A stretch of 64,000 nt of DNA from a virus: positions 1 to 64,000 of the IMG/VR virus record IMGVR_UViG_3300033145_000668; one strand, 5' to 3'. Position 1 is the first letter of the stretch. Every line of letters begins with the position of its first letter. This document shows positions 7,146 to 16,027 of the stretch, one piece after another. A program made the translations under genes and the position numbers. The notes beneath the pieces are model-generated. The model searched no databases. It was not told where the DNA came from and was given only the letters and a program-made list of their open reading frames with translations.

Positions 7146-7778
7146 ATGAAACACGAAAAAATAATACCAAAAAAAGTACCGAATGGTGAAATCAATCCTA
7201 AAGCTAAATTTATTTTAGGGATAGACCCTGCAAGACAGGGCAAGGATGAAACTGCATTTGTAGTATTAGAACAACCAGCATTCGATGATAATATTTTTGT
7301 AGTTTATGTTGAAGCGATACACACTCCCGATTTAAAACAAGTAATTAGTAAGGCAATATATTTAGATAAGTTTTTCAATTTCAAAAAAATAATTATAGAT
7401 GAAACAGGATTGGGTTCTGGAGTTACTGATATTCTAAAAGGTAGATTAAAAGGAAGAGTAGATGGTATTTGGTATACACAAAAAAAGAAAGCGTCAATGT
7501 TTCAGAACCTGCGAATTCTAATGGCCAGACCGAATGCTAAATTATATTTTCCAGACCATGAAAAAAATAAAGACCCGGTGATTAAAAAAATGTATTTTCA
7601 GTTTTTAACTATAATGGCTGAGTATGATGATAACACCGGAACACGAACTCCAAAAATATATCATGAGAAGGGAAAACATGACGATATTATAAATGCGCTG
7701 TGCCTGGCTGCTACAGCATTTAACGTTTCCGGTAACAGAAACAAAACACCGAGAATTGGGTGTTTTAATTATACATAA
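7146..7778 (+). CDS. terL: Terminase large subunit, RNase H-like nuclease half
   Basis: GIDPA..GKDETA, IDETGLG, HDDIINAL; ATG at 7146 (ORF track start 7101). Confidence 0.88.
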   Translation: MKHEKIIPKKVPNGEINPKAKFILGIDPARQGKDETAFVVLEQPAFDDNIFVVYVEAIHTPDLKQVISKAIYLDKFFNFKKIIIDETGLGSGVTDILKGRLKGRVDGIWYTQKKKASMFQNLRILMARPNAKLYFPDHEKNKDPVIKKMYFQFLTIMAEYDDNTGTRTPKIYHEKGKHDDIINALCLAATAFNVSGNRNKTPRIGCFNYT

Positions 7779-7794
7779 ATTAATTTATAATATA

Positions 7795-7827
7795 TTATAT
7801 ATAATTCTCTATAAATATATTTATAAA
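7795..7827 (+). promoter_or_regulatory. TATA promoter, near-copy of 1866-1898
   Basis: TTTATAAA at 7820-7827, 26 nt before ATG 7854. Confidence 0.6.
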
Positions 7828-7853
7828 TGTCATTTGATTAATATCATCATAAA

Positions 7854-8072
7854 ATGGATAAAATAATGAAAGAAATAAAATCACTAGTAAATAAAGAAGA
7901 GTGGAAGGAAATAAATACACCTTTTATTAGAGATAAATCAACAGGAGAAAAATGGTTTGAAAAAGGATATCAATCAGACGAACATATTATTATTAAAAGC
8001 GGATTTATTGCAGGTCCGCAAAGAGCAATAAGTTTTAATACTAAAACAAAAGAAATTGAATGTATTACATAA
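7854..8072 (+). CDS. hypothetical protein
   Basis: 72 aa with its own promoter. Confidence 0.65.
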   Translation: MDKIMKEIKSLVNKEEWKEINTPFIRDKSTGEKWFEKGYQSDEHIIIKSGFIAGPQRAISFNTKTKEIECIT

Positions 8073-8148
8073 GATTAATCAGGATAATATATTCAGATAA
8101 CCTTCTATATATTTTAACTACATATTGGGAACATCTATTTATAAAATA

Positions 8149-8976
8149 ATGATAAAAAATAAATGTAAAAGATGTGGTAAAATTTTTGAAGTTTATCCAT
8201 CCCAACGAAAAAAATATTGTTCAAGAGAATGTTTTTCTAAAAAATTTCAAGTTAAATGTATTATTTGTGGTAAAATAAGAGAATTTAGTTTTATTAAATC
8301 TAAGAAAAGAAAATGTTGTTCTAGAAAATGTGCAAATAAATTAAATTCTATAAGAATGATGGGTGAAAACCATCCAAGATATAGAGAAAGAGTTAAATTA
8401 AAATGTATTATATGCGGTGATAACTTTGAAGTTATACAATCTCAAAAAAATCAAAAATGTTGTTCGAGAAAATGTTCAAGTAAATTACAAGGTGAAAATA
8501 GAAAAAAAGAAAAAATTAAACTTGAATGTGTTATTTGCGGCAAGACATTTAAAGTTAATCTGGCAGTTTCTAAGTATAAAAAATATTGTTCTAGAAAATG
8601 TGTAGAAATATTTCAATCTATCAATAGGAAAGGAAAATCATATGAAGAAATGTATGGAAAAGAAAAAACTAAAGAAATAAAAATGAAACAAAGGATAAGT
8701 GCAATAAATTATATTAATAATCACAGTAAAGGAATACAGCCACATTTAGGAAGAAACGAAAAGGACTTTCTTGACGAAGTAGAACTATCCAATAATATAA
8801 AATTAGTCAGACAATATGAGGTATTAGGTTACTTCGTTGATGGTTATTGTGAAGAATTGAATATAGTAGTAGAAATAGATGAAAGACCTAAAACCCATGA
8901 AAGAGATATCGAACGAGAAAATAATATTATAAAAGAATTAAATTGTAAATTTCTAAGAATAAGAGACGACTTCTAA
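8149..8976 (+). CDS. Homing endonuclease, four zinc-finger repeats + DUF559/Vsr-like nuclease
   Basis: 4x C..CG..F....CSR.C; FVDGYCEELNIVVEIDE; paralog of 5686-6357. Confidence 0.8.
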   Translation: MIKNKCKRCGKIFEVYPSQRKKYCSRECFSKKFQVKCIICGKIREFSFIKSKKRKCCSRKCANKLNSIRMMGENHPRYRERVKLKCIICGDNFEVIQSQKNQKCCSRKCSSKLQGENRKKEKIKLECVICGKTFKVNLAVSKYKKYCSRKCVEIFQSINRKGKSYEEMYGKEKTKEIKMKQRISAINYINNHSKGIQPHLGRNEKDFLDEVELSNNIKLVRQYEVLGYFVDGYCEELNIVVEIDERPKTHERDIERENNIIKELNCKFLRIRDDF

Positions 8977-8977
8977 A

Positions 8978-9007
8978 CTATATAGATTTTATTTAAACCT
9001 TTATAAA
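8978..9007 (+). promoter_or_regulatory. Bipartite promoter CTATATAG-N14-TTTATAAA (portal operon)
   Basis: Same architecture at four structural operon starts. Confidence 0.7.
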
Positions 9008-9056
9008 TAAAAAGTCATATAAATACATACAATGAATACTAATTTTCCTCTATATA

Positions 9057-10604
9057 ATGACAAAAGAAGTAAAACCAACTCAAGAAGTTATTCAGAGTAA
9101 ACATTTCATATACAATCCAGTAGAGAATTCTAATATATTGGAAACAAATAATTCTTATTTTAAAGAACAAATTAAGTCTTTATATACTAAAACCGAAACT
9201 GAAGACGGAATAGATAAAAAAAAGAAAGAAGAGGTAGGAGAAGAACATCCTTTTGATTATGCCACAATAGAACAATTATCAAAACGATTTGCGATTATTT
9301 CATCTGTAGCAGATAAAATTTGTGATTATGCTTTAGGTGATGGATATAATATTTATTCTGAAAATAAAAAAATAGTAGAAGCTCTAACTTTATGGCGAAA
9401 AAATTCTAAGATAGATTTTTTTATTAGACCGTGGTTTAATGAAGGACTTTTAAAAGGAACTTCTTTCTTGGAAATAGCAGATTTTAAGTTAAATAATACC
9501 GGTGTTATTATTAAAAATCCATCTGCAAATACTATTTATGTTAAAAAAGATGATGTGGGAAATATAATCGGATACACACAATACATAGATAGAGGACTAA
9601 GTAAAAGTAATGAAGAAGAAGTAGTACCTTTAGATACAGATTCAATGGTTCAATTGAACATTAATAATATTTCTAATAATACTTATGGAATGGGAATTGT
9701 ATATTCTGCTTTACCAATAGTAGAAAATTTCTTAAATGCTCAAAAATCAATGCATAAGTTGTTAAAGAGAAAAGCAAATTCTCCTATTCATGTTAAAATT
9801 GGTAATGCTGAAAAAGACGACTATCCAGAACAATCAGAAATTAATACTGTAGGAAAATCAATGCAATTTATGAATGATTCTACCGAATATGTTACTGGTC
9901 CGAATGTAGAGATGGAAGTATTAGATTTTGGTGATGTGGGTGATAAGTTTATTAGCGTAATAGATAACGATTTAAAATTATTATCATATTCATTTCAAGT
10001 TCCTGAAATAATTTTAGGAGCAACTTCTGGATTTGTGGGTTCAGCTGAAGTACAAGAAAAAGCATTTGAAAGAAATATAAAATCATATCAAGAACAAATG
10101 GGTTATATAATGAAGAGAGAAATTTTTGATAAAGTTTTATTAGAAGCTGGTATTACTGATTTAGATTATGAGATACTTTGGAATTCAAAAACTAATCAAG
10201 AAAAAAATGATGAAATAAAAATAATTAAAGATTTATTGGGTTCTAGTATAATATTAAGTTCTGGAATGAGAAAAAGTTTAGAAAGACAATTAGCAGCAAT
10301 ATATGATTTTAATTACGACGACATAGAAAAAGAAACAGAAGAAGAAGATGAAAAGATAAAAAAGGAAGAAGAAGAAGAAAGAGAAAGAGAACAGGAAAGA
10401 GAAAAAGAATTACAACCAAAACCAAAGGATGAAGAACCAATAAAACCAATTGATAAAAAACAAGTAAGCAAAAAACCAATAGATAAAAAAGCATTAGGTA
10501 AAGAGGATGAAAATATTAAAAAATTTATAGATAAAAAACTATCACCACAAGAATTAGAATTAGAATTAGAATTAAAATTAAATAAGAAACCTAAAGAAAA
10601 ATGA
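9057..10604 (+). CDS. Portal protein
   Basis: Follows TerL; YGMGIV.SAL and FQVPEIILG portal-like motifs; charged C-terminal tail. Confidence 0.82.
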   Translation: MTKEVKPTQEVIQSKHFIYNPVENSNILETNNSYFKEQIKSLYTKTETEDGIDKKKKEEVGEEHPFDYATIEQLSKRFAIISSVADKICDYALGDGYNIYSENKKIVEALTLWRKNSKIDFFIRPWFNEGLLKGTSFLEIADFKLNNTGVIIKNPSANTIYVKKDDVGNIIGYTQYIDRGLSKSNEEEVVPLDTDSMVQLNINNISNNTYGMGIVYSALPIVENFLNAQKSMHKLLKRKANSPIHVKIGNAEKDDYPEQSEINTVGKSMQFMNDSTEYVTGPNVEMEVLDFGDVGDKFISVIDNDLKLLSYSFQVPEIILGATSGFVGSAEVQEKAFERNIKSYQEQMGYIMKREIFDKVLLEAGITDLDYEILWNSKTNQEKNDEIKIIKDLLGSSIILSSGMRKSLERQLAAIYDFNYDDIEKETEEEDEKIKKEEEEEREREQEREKELQPKPKDEEPIKPIDKKQVSKKPIDKKALGKEDENIKKFIDKKLSPQELELELELKLNKKPKEK

Positions 10605-10756
10605 TGCAAAGACCAAAATGTTTTATAGAAGGATGTAATAAAGGAGCAATGTTAATGTTATGCGGACAATATATTTGTGGCGATTGTTACATGGAAATGT
10701 ATGAAATAGAAAGATTAGAAAAAATTAAAAATATGCAAGCATTATTGAAGAAATAA
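10601..10756 (+). CDS. small zinc-finger protein (51 aa)
   Basis: ATGA overlap; C..EGC...ICGDC. Confidence 0.55.
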   Translation: MMQRPKCFIEGCNKGAMLMLCGQYICGDCYMEMYEIERLEKIKNMQALLKK

Positions 10757-10757
10757 T

Positions 10758-11105
10758 ATGAGTAACGCAATATATATCCCGGGAACTGACCGTATTATTT
10801 TTGTTAATCCTCACCAAGGTGACCTAGTAGTTGACTTATCTAATTATCCAGAAATTGATGACACGCAAAGAAATGAGGATGTAGTTGTAGTTGGTGATTG
10901 GGAAGACTATTCTGGAAGCGGAACTATTGGAGGACAGCAAGCTATGTTGCAAGGTATCCAAGATATAGATGAATCTTCTGTAATGGCACAGTTGTGGGGA
11001 ACAGAAATAGCAAGAACAGATAGAGGAGCAAAAGCTGCTACTCATAGGCAACGACCTAGATTGGTATATATTGAAAATAGCGGAGAAGAAGGAAATGAAT
11101 GTTGA
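10758..11105 (+). CDS. hypothetical protein
   Basis: 115 aa, coupled to neighbours. Confidence 0.7.
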   Translation: MSNAIYIPGTDRIIFVNPHQGDLVVDLSNYPEIDDTQRNEDVVVVGDWEDYSGSGTIGGQQAMLQGIQDIDESSVMAQLWGTEIARTDRGAKAATHRQRPRLVYIENSGEEGNEC

Positions 11106-11673
11106 AGAACTATATTTAGAAACTACTACTTTAGATGAAGGACACGTCCATACTTTTCACATTGAAGATGGAAACGGCGAAACATTAAAAACATTATCTT
11201 TAGAAGGTAGAACAAAAAACCACATTCATAAAATAGAAAATTATATTATATCGGAAAACGAAGCTCATATACATACTATTAAACCTGAAGTTATGGAAGA
11301 AGAAAAAAAAGAGGAACCTGTAGAAGAAATAGAAGAAGGTGTTAAAGAAATATTTATAATTCTAAATACTGGCGAAGATGCTGTTGCAGAATATATTACT
11401 GAAAATATAAATGGTAAATTAGGAAGTATTATAATAGATTCGAGTTCTCAGATAAATCTTAAAATAACATTAGCTAAATACGATGGTGTTGTATTGTATG
11501 AACGACAAGGATATTTCGGACAAAAATATTTATCTCTTCGAAATGATTCTACCTTTTCTAATAATGAAAAAGCTCAAAGTAATGGTTCTGATTGGATATT
11601 AAATGATAAATTAAAAATAAATATTGAAGGACCAATAAATACTTCCACGAGTTTTTCAATTAGGTATAGTTAA
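11095..11673 (+). CDS. HxH-repeat protein with C-terminal beta domain, putative virion protein
   Basis: GHVHTF, HIHKI, HIHTI; C-terminal part resembles 17607-18005. Confidence 0.65.
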   Translation: MNVEELYLETTTLDEGHVHTFHIEDGNGETLKTLSLEGRTKNHIHKIENYIISENEAHIHTIKPEVMEEEKKEEPVEEIEEGVKEIFIILNTGEDAVAEYITENINGKLGSIIIDSSSQINLKITLAKYDGVVLYERQGYFGQKYLSLRNDSTFSNNEKAQSNGSDWILNDKLKINIEGPINTSTSFSIRYS

Positions 11674-11674
11674 A

Positions 11675-11914
11675 ATGCCAGATAGTATAATAGACGGAAC
11701 AGGAAGCGGTTATACGGTTGCAGTAACAGATGACAATCGTATGAAAGTATCTTCTGTATCCGAAGAAGTAATACAAACAAAAAGTGCTTATGAAGGAACT
11801 GTTGCGATGAAATTTAAATCACAACTAGAAGAGATAATAAGAGAACTTAAAAAAATTAATATTCAATTGTCATTTATGACAGACGAAGAATTAAATAATG
11901 GGAGGTTAAAATAA
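11675..11914 (+). CDS. putative virion protein (IxDGxGSG N-terminal motif)
   Basis: N-terminus shared with the next two ORFs. Confidence 0.65.
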   Translation: MPDSIIDGTGSGYTVAVTDDNRMKVSSVSEEVIQTKSAYEGTVAMKFKSQLEEIIRELKKINIQLSFMTDEELNNGRLK

Positions 11915-12454
11915 ATGTTTATAGAAGACGGAAAAGGGAGTGGATATTTAACAGGTGTTACGAGTGAAAATAAATTAAGAACCTATGCTACTATTGAAGA
12001 TGAAGTGTCTTATGAAAGTGAAACTAATCAACAAGCTTATACTTGGACAAATGTAACATATAATTATAGTGCAAACGATACAATTCTTTTAGTTAAAAAT
12101 ACAAATAATACAGAAAATTTAATTATTGATTTAATTGTAATTTCTGGAGATACTAGCACAACTATTACAATACACAGTCCAAATTGTGGAACACCGACTG
12201 GAACAACAGTTACTGGAACTAATTTAAATAGAACAAGCAGTTTAACAGCAGATGCAATAGCAAAAAGCAATGAAGCAACAAATACTCAAGATAATATTAT
12301 TGCTATAGCAAAAATTAATGGAAGTAATGCAGCAATATTACCAGTTCAAGGAGCAATCGTATTAGGATTAAATGATTGTATAGCAGTTGATTTTACAACA
12401 GATGGTGGAGCTGCTAATGTAACAATTCGTGGTTATTATCATACAAAACAATAA
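11915..12454 (+). CDS. putative virion structural protein
   Basis: T/N-rich beta protein; IEDGKGSG motif. Confidence 0.7.
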   Translation: MFIEDGKGSGYLTGVTSENKLRTYATIEDEVSYESETNQQAYTWTNVTYNYSANDTILLVKNTNNTENLIIDLIVISGDTSTTITIHSPNCGTPTGTTVTGTNLNRTSSLTADAIAKSNEATNTQDNIIAIAKINGSNAAILPVQGAIVLGLNDCIAVDFTTDGGAANVTIRGYYHTKQ

Positions 12455-12455
12455 A

Positions 12456-13001
12456 ATGGTATATATAGAAGACGGACAAGGAACTGGAAAAAAAGCAGGA
12501 ATTAATGAAGAAAATAGATTATTAGCGAATTGTGTTACTGAAAGTGTTGAACATCATGCAAATATACATGAAAAAGAAGCATATAATTATATGATGAATG
12601 AAATACCAGCAACAAGTGGTGCTACAATTATTTATATAAAAAATACAAATGAAACAGATTTAATTTTAGAAGGTATTCAAATTATGAATCAAGAAACTCA
12701 GTTTTATGAAGCGAGTTTAGGAGACACAGGAACACCAGCTGGAACAATAAATGTAATACCAGCAAATATGAATGCAGGAGCAGGACAAGAAGCTGATGGA
12801 TTATTTTATACTGGTAGTAATATAACTGGATTAACGCAAGGAATAGTTATTCAACAAATTTGGCAAATTGGCGGAAGTGGAACACAAACAAATAATTTTG
12901 AAATGGATGTAATAATTCCAAAAAATCAAACATATGTTATTCGAACAGGTATAACTGGAAGCAAGACGAGTATTACAATTCCAATGTATTTTCATAATTA
13001 A
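12456..13001 (+). CDS. putative virion structural protein, paralog of 11915-12454
   Basis: IEDGQGTG motif; IKNTNETDLI vs VKNTNNTENLI. Confidence 0.7.
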   Translation: MVYIEDGQGTGKKAGINEENRLLANCVTESVEHHANIHEKEAYNYMMNEIPATSGATIIYIKNTNETDLILEGIQIMNQETQFYEASLGDTGTPAGTINVIPANMNAGAGQEADGLFYTGSNITGLTQGIVIQQIWQIGGSGTQTNNFEMDVIIPKNQTYVIRTGITGSKTSITIPMYFHN

Positions 13002-13009
13002 ATTAATAA

Positions 13010-14107
13010 ATGGCAGTTAAAAGTTTAATAACTGACCCTGCTACTGAAAAACAAGCCAATGTAGTAGATGTGAATGGTTATCATGGTTTAGTAGTTGGAA
13101 CTCATCCATTAAAAGAATATATAAATAAAGCATTATTTTTTACAGATGATACTGGTAACATTAATATGAATATAAATAGAGGTGTTTTGACTGGTTCTAT
13201 CTTGATGTACGAAGAAGATGTTGAATGGGATACAACAGTAGTTGCAGGACCTACTACAAATTTTGATTTCCTTAGTACAGACCAAAACCATACTTCAACA
13301 GGAAGTGTTTGCATAGATTGTACCTCTTCGAGACAGGGAAATGTATTTGAATTAGGAAGTAATTTTGATTGTACAGACCATACTAGTTTTTCTGGTTGGG
13401 CTTATGTTACGGGATGGGCTAATAGTGACCCGTTTAATATATACGCTTGGGAAAATACAACTCCTGGAGTAGAAGGAAACGTAGTTGATTTAATAAATTA
13501 TATAAATACAGGAGTCCAAAATGTTTGGCAAAAATTTACAATACCTTTTACAGATATGGGATTATCTACTCAACAAATAAATGGCGTAAGATTTGAACAA
13601 ACTCATAGAGATAATAATTTATATTTAGATGATATTCATGTAAATGTTTCCGGAGCAAATGCCACACCTGTATCATATTCAATTAATGCTCCTGCTGGAA
13701 AAACATATCTTGTAAATAAAATAAGAATAACATTAGCAGACGATATAAATAATACATTAGCTAATTCAAATACACATAATATAGATTATAGAACATGGTT
13801 AGGTGCTGGAAGTTTAATAAACGGAATTGCTTTTCAAAGATTTGATGATGGTGTTTCAGAAGCAACTGCAACATTTAAAGGAATTGGAGAAATTTTAGTG
13901 CAACCAACTGCTCAATTATCAAATATAATAAGTACTGGTTCGAATGTTTTTTTAAACTTAACTTTCAACTATACTGAACCAATTATTTTAAAAGGTTCTC
14001 AAGATGATAAAATTAGTTTTACAATTCAAGATGATTTATCTAGTTTATCAGTATTAAAAGCTACTGCATTAGGAAGAGAAGAACTATTGAATGGTGAAAA
14101 TTATTAA
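13010..14107 (+). CDS. putative virion protein with carbohydrate-binding-like domain
   Basis: WQKFTIPFTD...LYLDDI pattern typical of CBM jelly-roll ends. Confidence 0.6.
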   Translation: MAVKSLITDPATEKQANVVDVNGYHGLVVGTHPLKEYINKALFFTDDTGNINMNINRGVLTGSILMYEEDVEWDTTVVAGPTTNFDFLSTDQNHTSTGSVCIDCTSSRQGNVFELGSNFDCTDHTSFSGWAYVTGWANSDPFNIYAWENTTPGVEGNVVDLINYINTGVQNVWQKFTIPFTDMGLSTQQINGVRFEQTHRDNNLYLDDIHVNVSGANATPVSYSINAPAGKTYLVNKIRITLADDINNTLANSNTHNIDYRTWLGAGSLINGIAFQRFDDGVSEATATFKGIGEILVQPTAQLSNIISTGSNVFLNLTFNYTEPIILKGSQDDKISFTIQDDLSSLSVLKATALGREELLNGENY

Positions 14108-14133
14108 ACTAATATAATTCTATTTTCTTAAAT

Positions 14134-14163
14134 CTATATAGTAACAATTTAAACCTTTATAAA
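14134..14163 (+). promoter_or_regulatory. Bipartite promoter CTATATAG-N14-TTTATAAA (capsid operon)
   Basis: Exact 14-nt spacing. Confidence 0.7.
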
Positions 14164-14192
14164 TAAAAAAAGATATCAGTTTATATTATAAA

Positions 14193-14450
14193 ATGCCAGC
14201 AGATTTTGATAAACTAAGATTAGCAATAAAAGGACAATTAAAAAAAGATAATCCTAAATTATCTGAAGATGATTTAGATTCTCGTTCTTTTGCAATAGCA
14301 ACTTCTCAATGGAAAAAAACACATGGTGGAAAAGCTCCTTCTATAGAAATAGTAAATAGAGAAGAAAAGTTTGATATTGAAGGACGGCTGATAGTTGGAG
14401 AGAATGTTAAGATGTTTATTGATTCTACTATAAGTGCTATAACAGAATAA
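14193..14450 (+). CDS. small head-module protein (ChaB-like)
   Basis: MP..FD...SFAIATSQWKK; upstream of protease. Confidence 0.55.
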   Translation: MPADFDKLRLAIKGQLKKDNPKLSEDDLDSRSFAIATSQWKKTHGGKAPSIEIVNREEKFDIEGRLIVGENVKMFIDSTISAITE

Positions 14451-15565
14451 TGAAAGACGGAAGAATATTTATACAAGGTGTTGCAGTAAAAGAAGGGATT
14501 TCTAAAAACAATAGAAAATATATAGCTAAAGAATTAAATAAATTTGCAGCTACTTTAATTGGAAGACCAATTTTAAAAGACCACGAATCAATGACAGATA
14601 ATATAATTGGTAAAGTTACTGAAGCTGAATCTGTAGAAAAAGGTAAATACGTTACATATAAGGGTTGGGTAAAGGGTTCTGATGTTATTGAAAAATTAAA
14701 AGATGGTAGAATTTCAGAAGTAAGCATTGGCGCTATGTCTAAACGGATAGTTAAAGAAGATAAAGATGACGATTTTATTATACCTGTTGATATGACAGCA
14801 TTAGAATTATCAACTACTCCGACACCAGGAGTCGACGGAACTTCAATGATAATTTCAAACGGACAAGAAGAAAAATATTCTGAAGAACAATTAAAAGAAA
14901 TGATTACAAGACATATTATAGAACAAGAAGACGACGAAGATGAAGAAAATAATGAAGAAGAAATTTCTAAAAACAATTCGCAATCATTATCGCTAGACGA
15001 TAATATAAATAAAATTAGAAAGGAGGAAAACATGAAAACGGAAGACAACGCTATCTCTACTAAAGAAAATGTTGAATTATTAGCTATGACTGAAGAATTA
15101 AATTCTATCAAAGTTAAGCTTAAAGAAGCAGAAGATGCTAAAGATGAAGCTGAAAAAAATAAAAAAGAAGCTGAAGACGAAGCAGAAGAAGCAAAAGAAT
15201 CTTTAAGAATAGATGCAATTTCGAAGTACGAAGAAAAAGCTAAATCTAAAGGCGCAAAAGTTTTAAATCTGTCTAAGTCAAACATGGAAGCAGTTAAATT
15301 TGCTATTGAAATGGTTGACAGTATGCCAGAACCAAAAGCTGAAGAAGAACCAAAAGTTGAAGAACCAGAAGTTGAAGAACCTAAAGTTGAAGAACCAAAA
15401 GTTGAAGAACCAGCTAAAGAAGAAGACAATAAGCCAGAAGAAAAAGCTAAACTTCGAACTAAAGAGGTGAATAGTAGTGTTCCATCTGTAGCTGAATCTT
15501 TAAAGGGTTACACAGTAACTCAAGAAGATTGCAGCAAAGGATTTGCTTTTTATAGAAATTATTAA
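14450..15565 (+). CDS. Prohead protease / scaffold fusion
   Basis: PILKDH...IIGKV, VSIG, ELS.T.TPG protease motifs; acidic coiled-coil C-terminal half. Confidence 0.82.
   Translation: MKDGRIFIQGVAVKEGISKNNRKYIAKELNKFAATLIGRPILKDHESMTDNIIGKVTEAESVEKGKYVTYKGWVKGSDVIEKLKDGRISEVSIGAMSKRIVKEDKDDDFIIPVDMTALELSTTPTPGVDGTSMIISNGQEEKYSEEQLKEMITRHIIEQEDDEDEENNEEEISKNNSQSLSLDDNINKIRKEENMKTEDNAISTKENVELLAMTEELNSIKVKLKEAEDAKDEAEKNKKEAEDEAEEAKESLRIDAISKYEEKAKSKGAKVLNLSKSNMEAVKFAIEMVDSMPEPKAEEEPKVEEPEVEEPKVEEPKVEEPAKEEDNKPEEKAKLRTKEVNSSVPSVAESLKGYTVTQEDCSKGFAFYRNY
15344..15412 (+). repeat. 15-nt tandem repeat encoding EEPKV
   Basis: gaagaaccaaaagtt about 4.6 copies. Confidence 0.85.
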
Positions 15566-15567
15566 AA

Positions 15568-16026
15568 ATGACAGTTAACCCATTAGGTTTTGTTCAAGTT
15601 AGTGATTTTGGAAACCCAAAAGTAGTTACAGGAGGAGCGAGAGAAGTTATTTCTGGAGGTCAATTTGTTAGCGCATCAGGTGCTACAGGAGTTGTATCAT
15701 CAGGAGCAAGCTCATTCTTAGAAACTGACATCACATTTTATGTAAGTGATGATGCTGAAAGTTTTGTAGGAATTGCACTTCAAAACACTGCTTCAGGTGC
15801 TAAAGTTGCTATTGCAATGGACGGTGCTATGATTGTACCATGTACAGGGTCTGTTTTTGCAGGAAGAATCGTTAAATCAGTTGCATCAGAAGATGCAGTA
15901 GCTAATTTAGGTTCTCAAATTGTTCCAGCTGATGCTGAAGATGCATCAATTGCAGGAAACATTGCAGGAAGAGCTCTAACAGCAGGTGCAAGTGGTGGTT
16001 TCGCGGTGGTTAGTTTTGGAATTTAA
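15568..16026 (+). CDS. Capsid decoration/cement protein
   Basis: G/A/S-rich, FVGIAL and AGRALT patterns, between scaffold and MCP. Confidence 0.7.
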   Translation: MTVNPLGFVQVSDFGNPKVVTGGAREVISGGQFVSASGATGVVSSGASSFLETDITFYVSDDAESFVGIALQNTASGAKVAIAMDGAMIVPCTGSVFAGRIVKSVASEDAVANLGSQIVPADAEDASIAGNIAGRALTAGASGGFAVVSFGI

Positions 16027-16027
16027 G

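Noticed and set aside
7081-7150. Intron or intein splitting terL
   Set aside because: Only 1 nt separates stop and start, so there is no room for an intervening element.
14437-15429. 330-aa minus-strand ORF
   Set aside because: Antisense shadow of the GAA-rich protease/scaffold gene.
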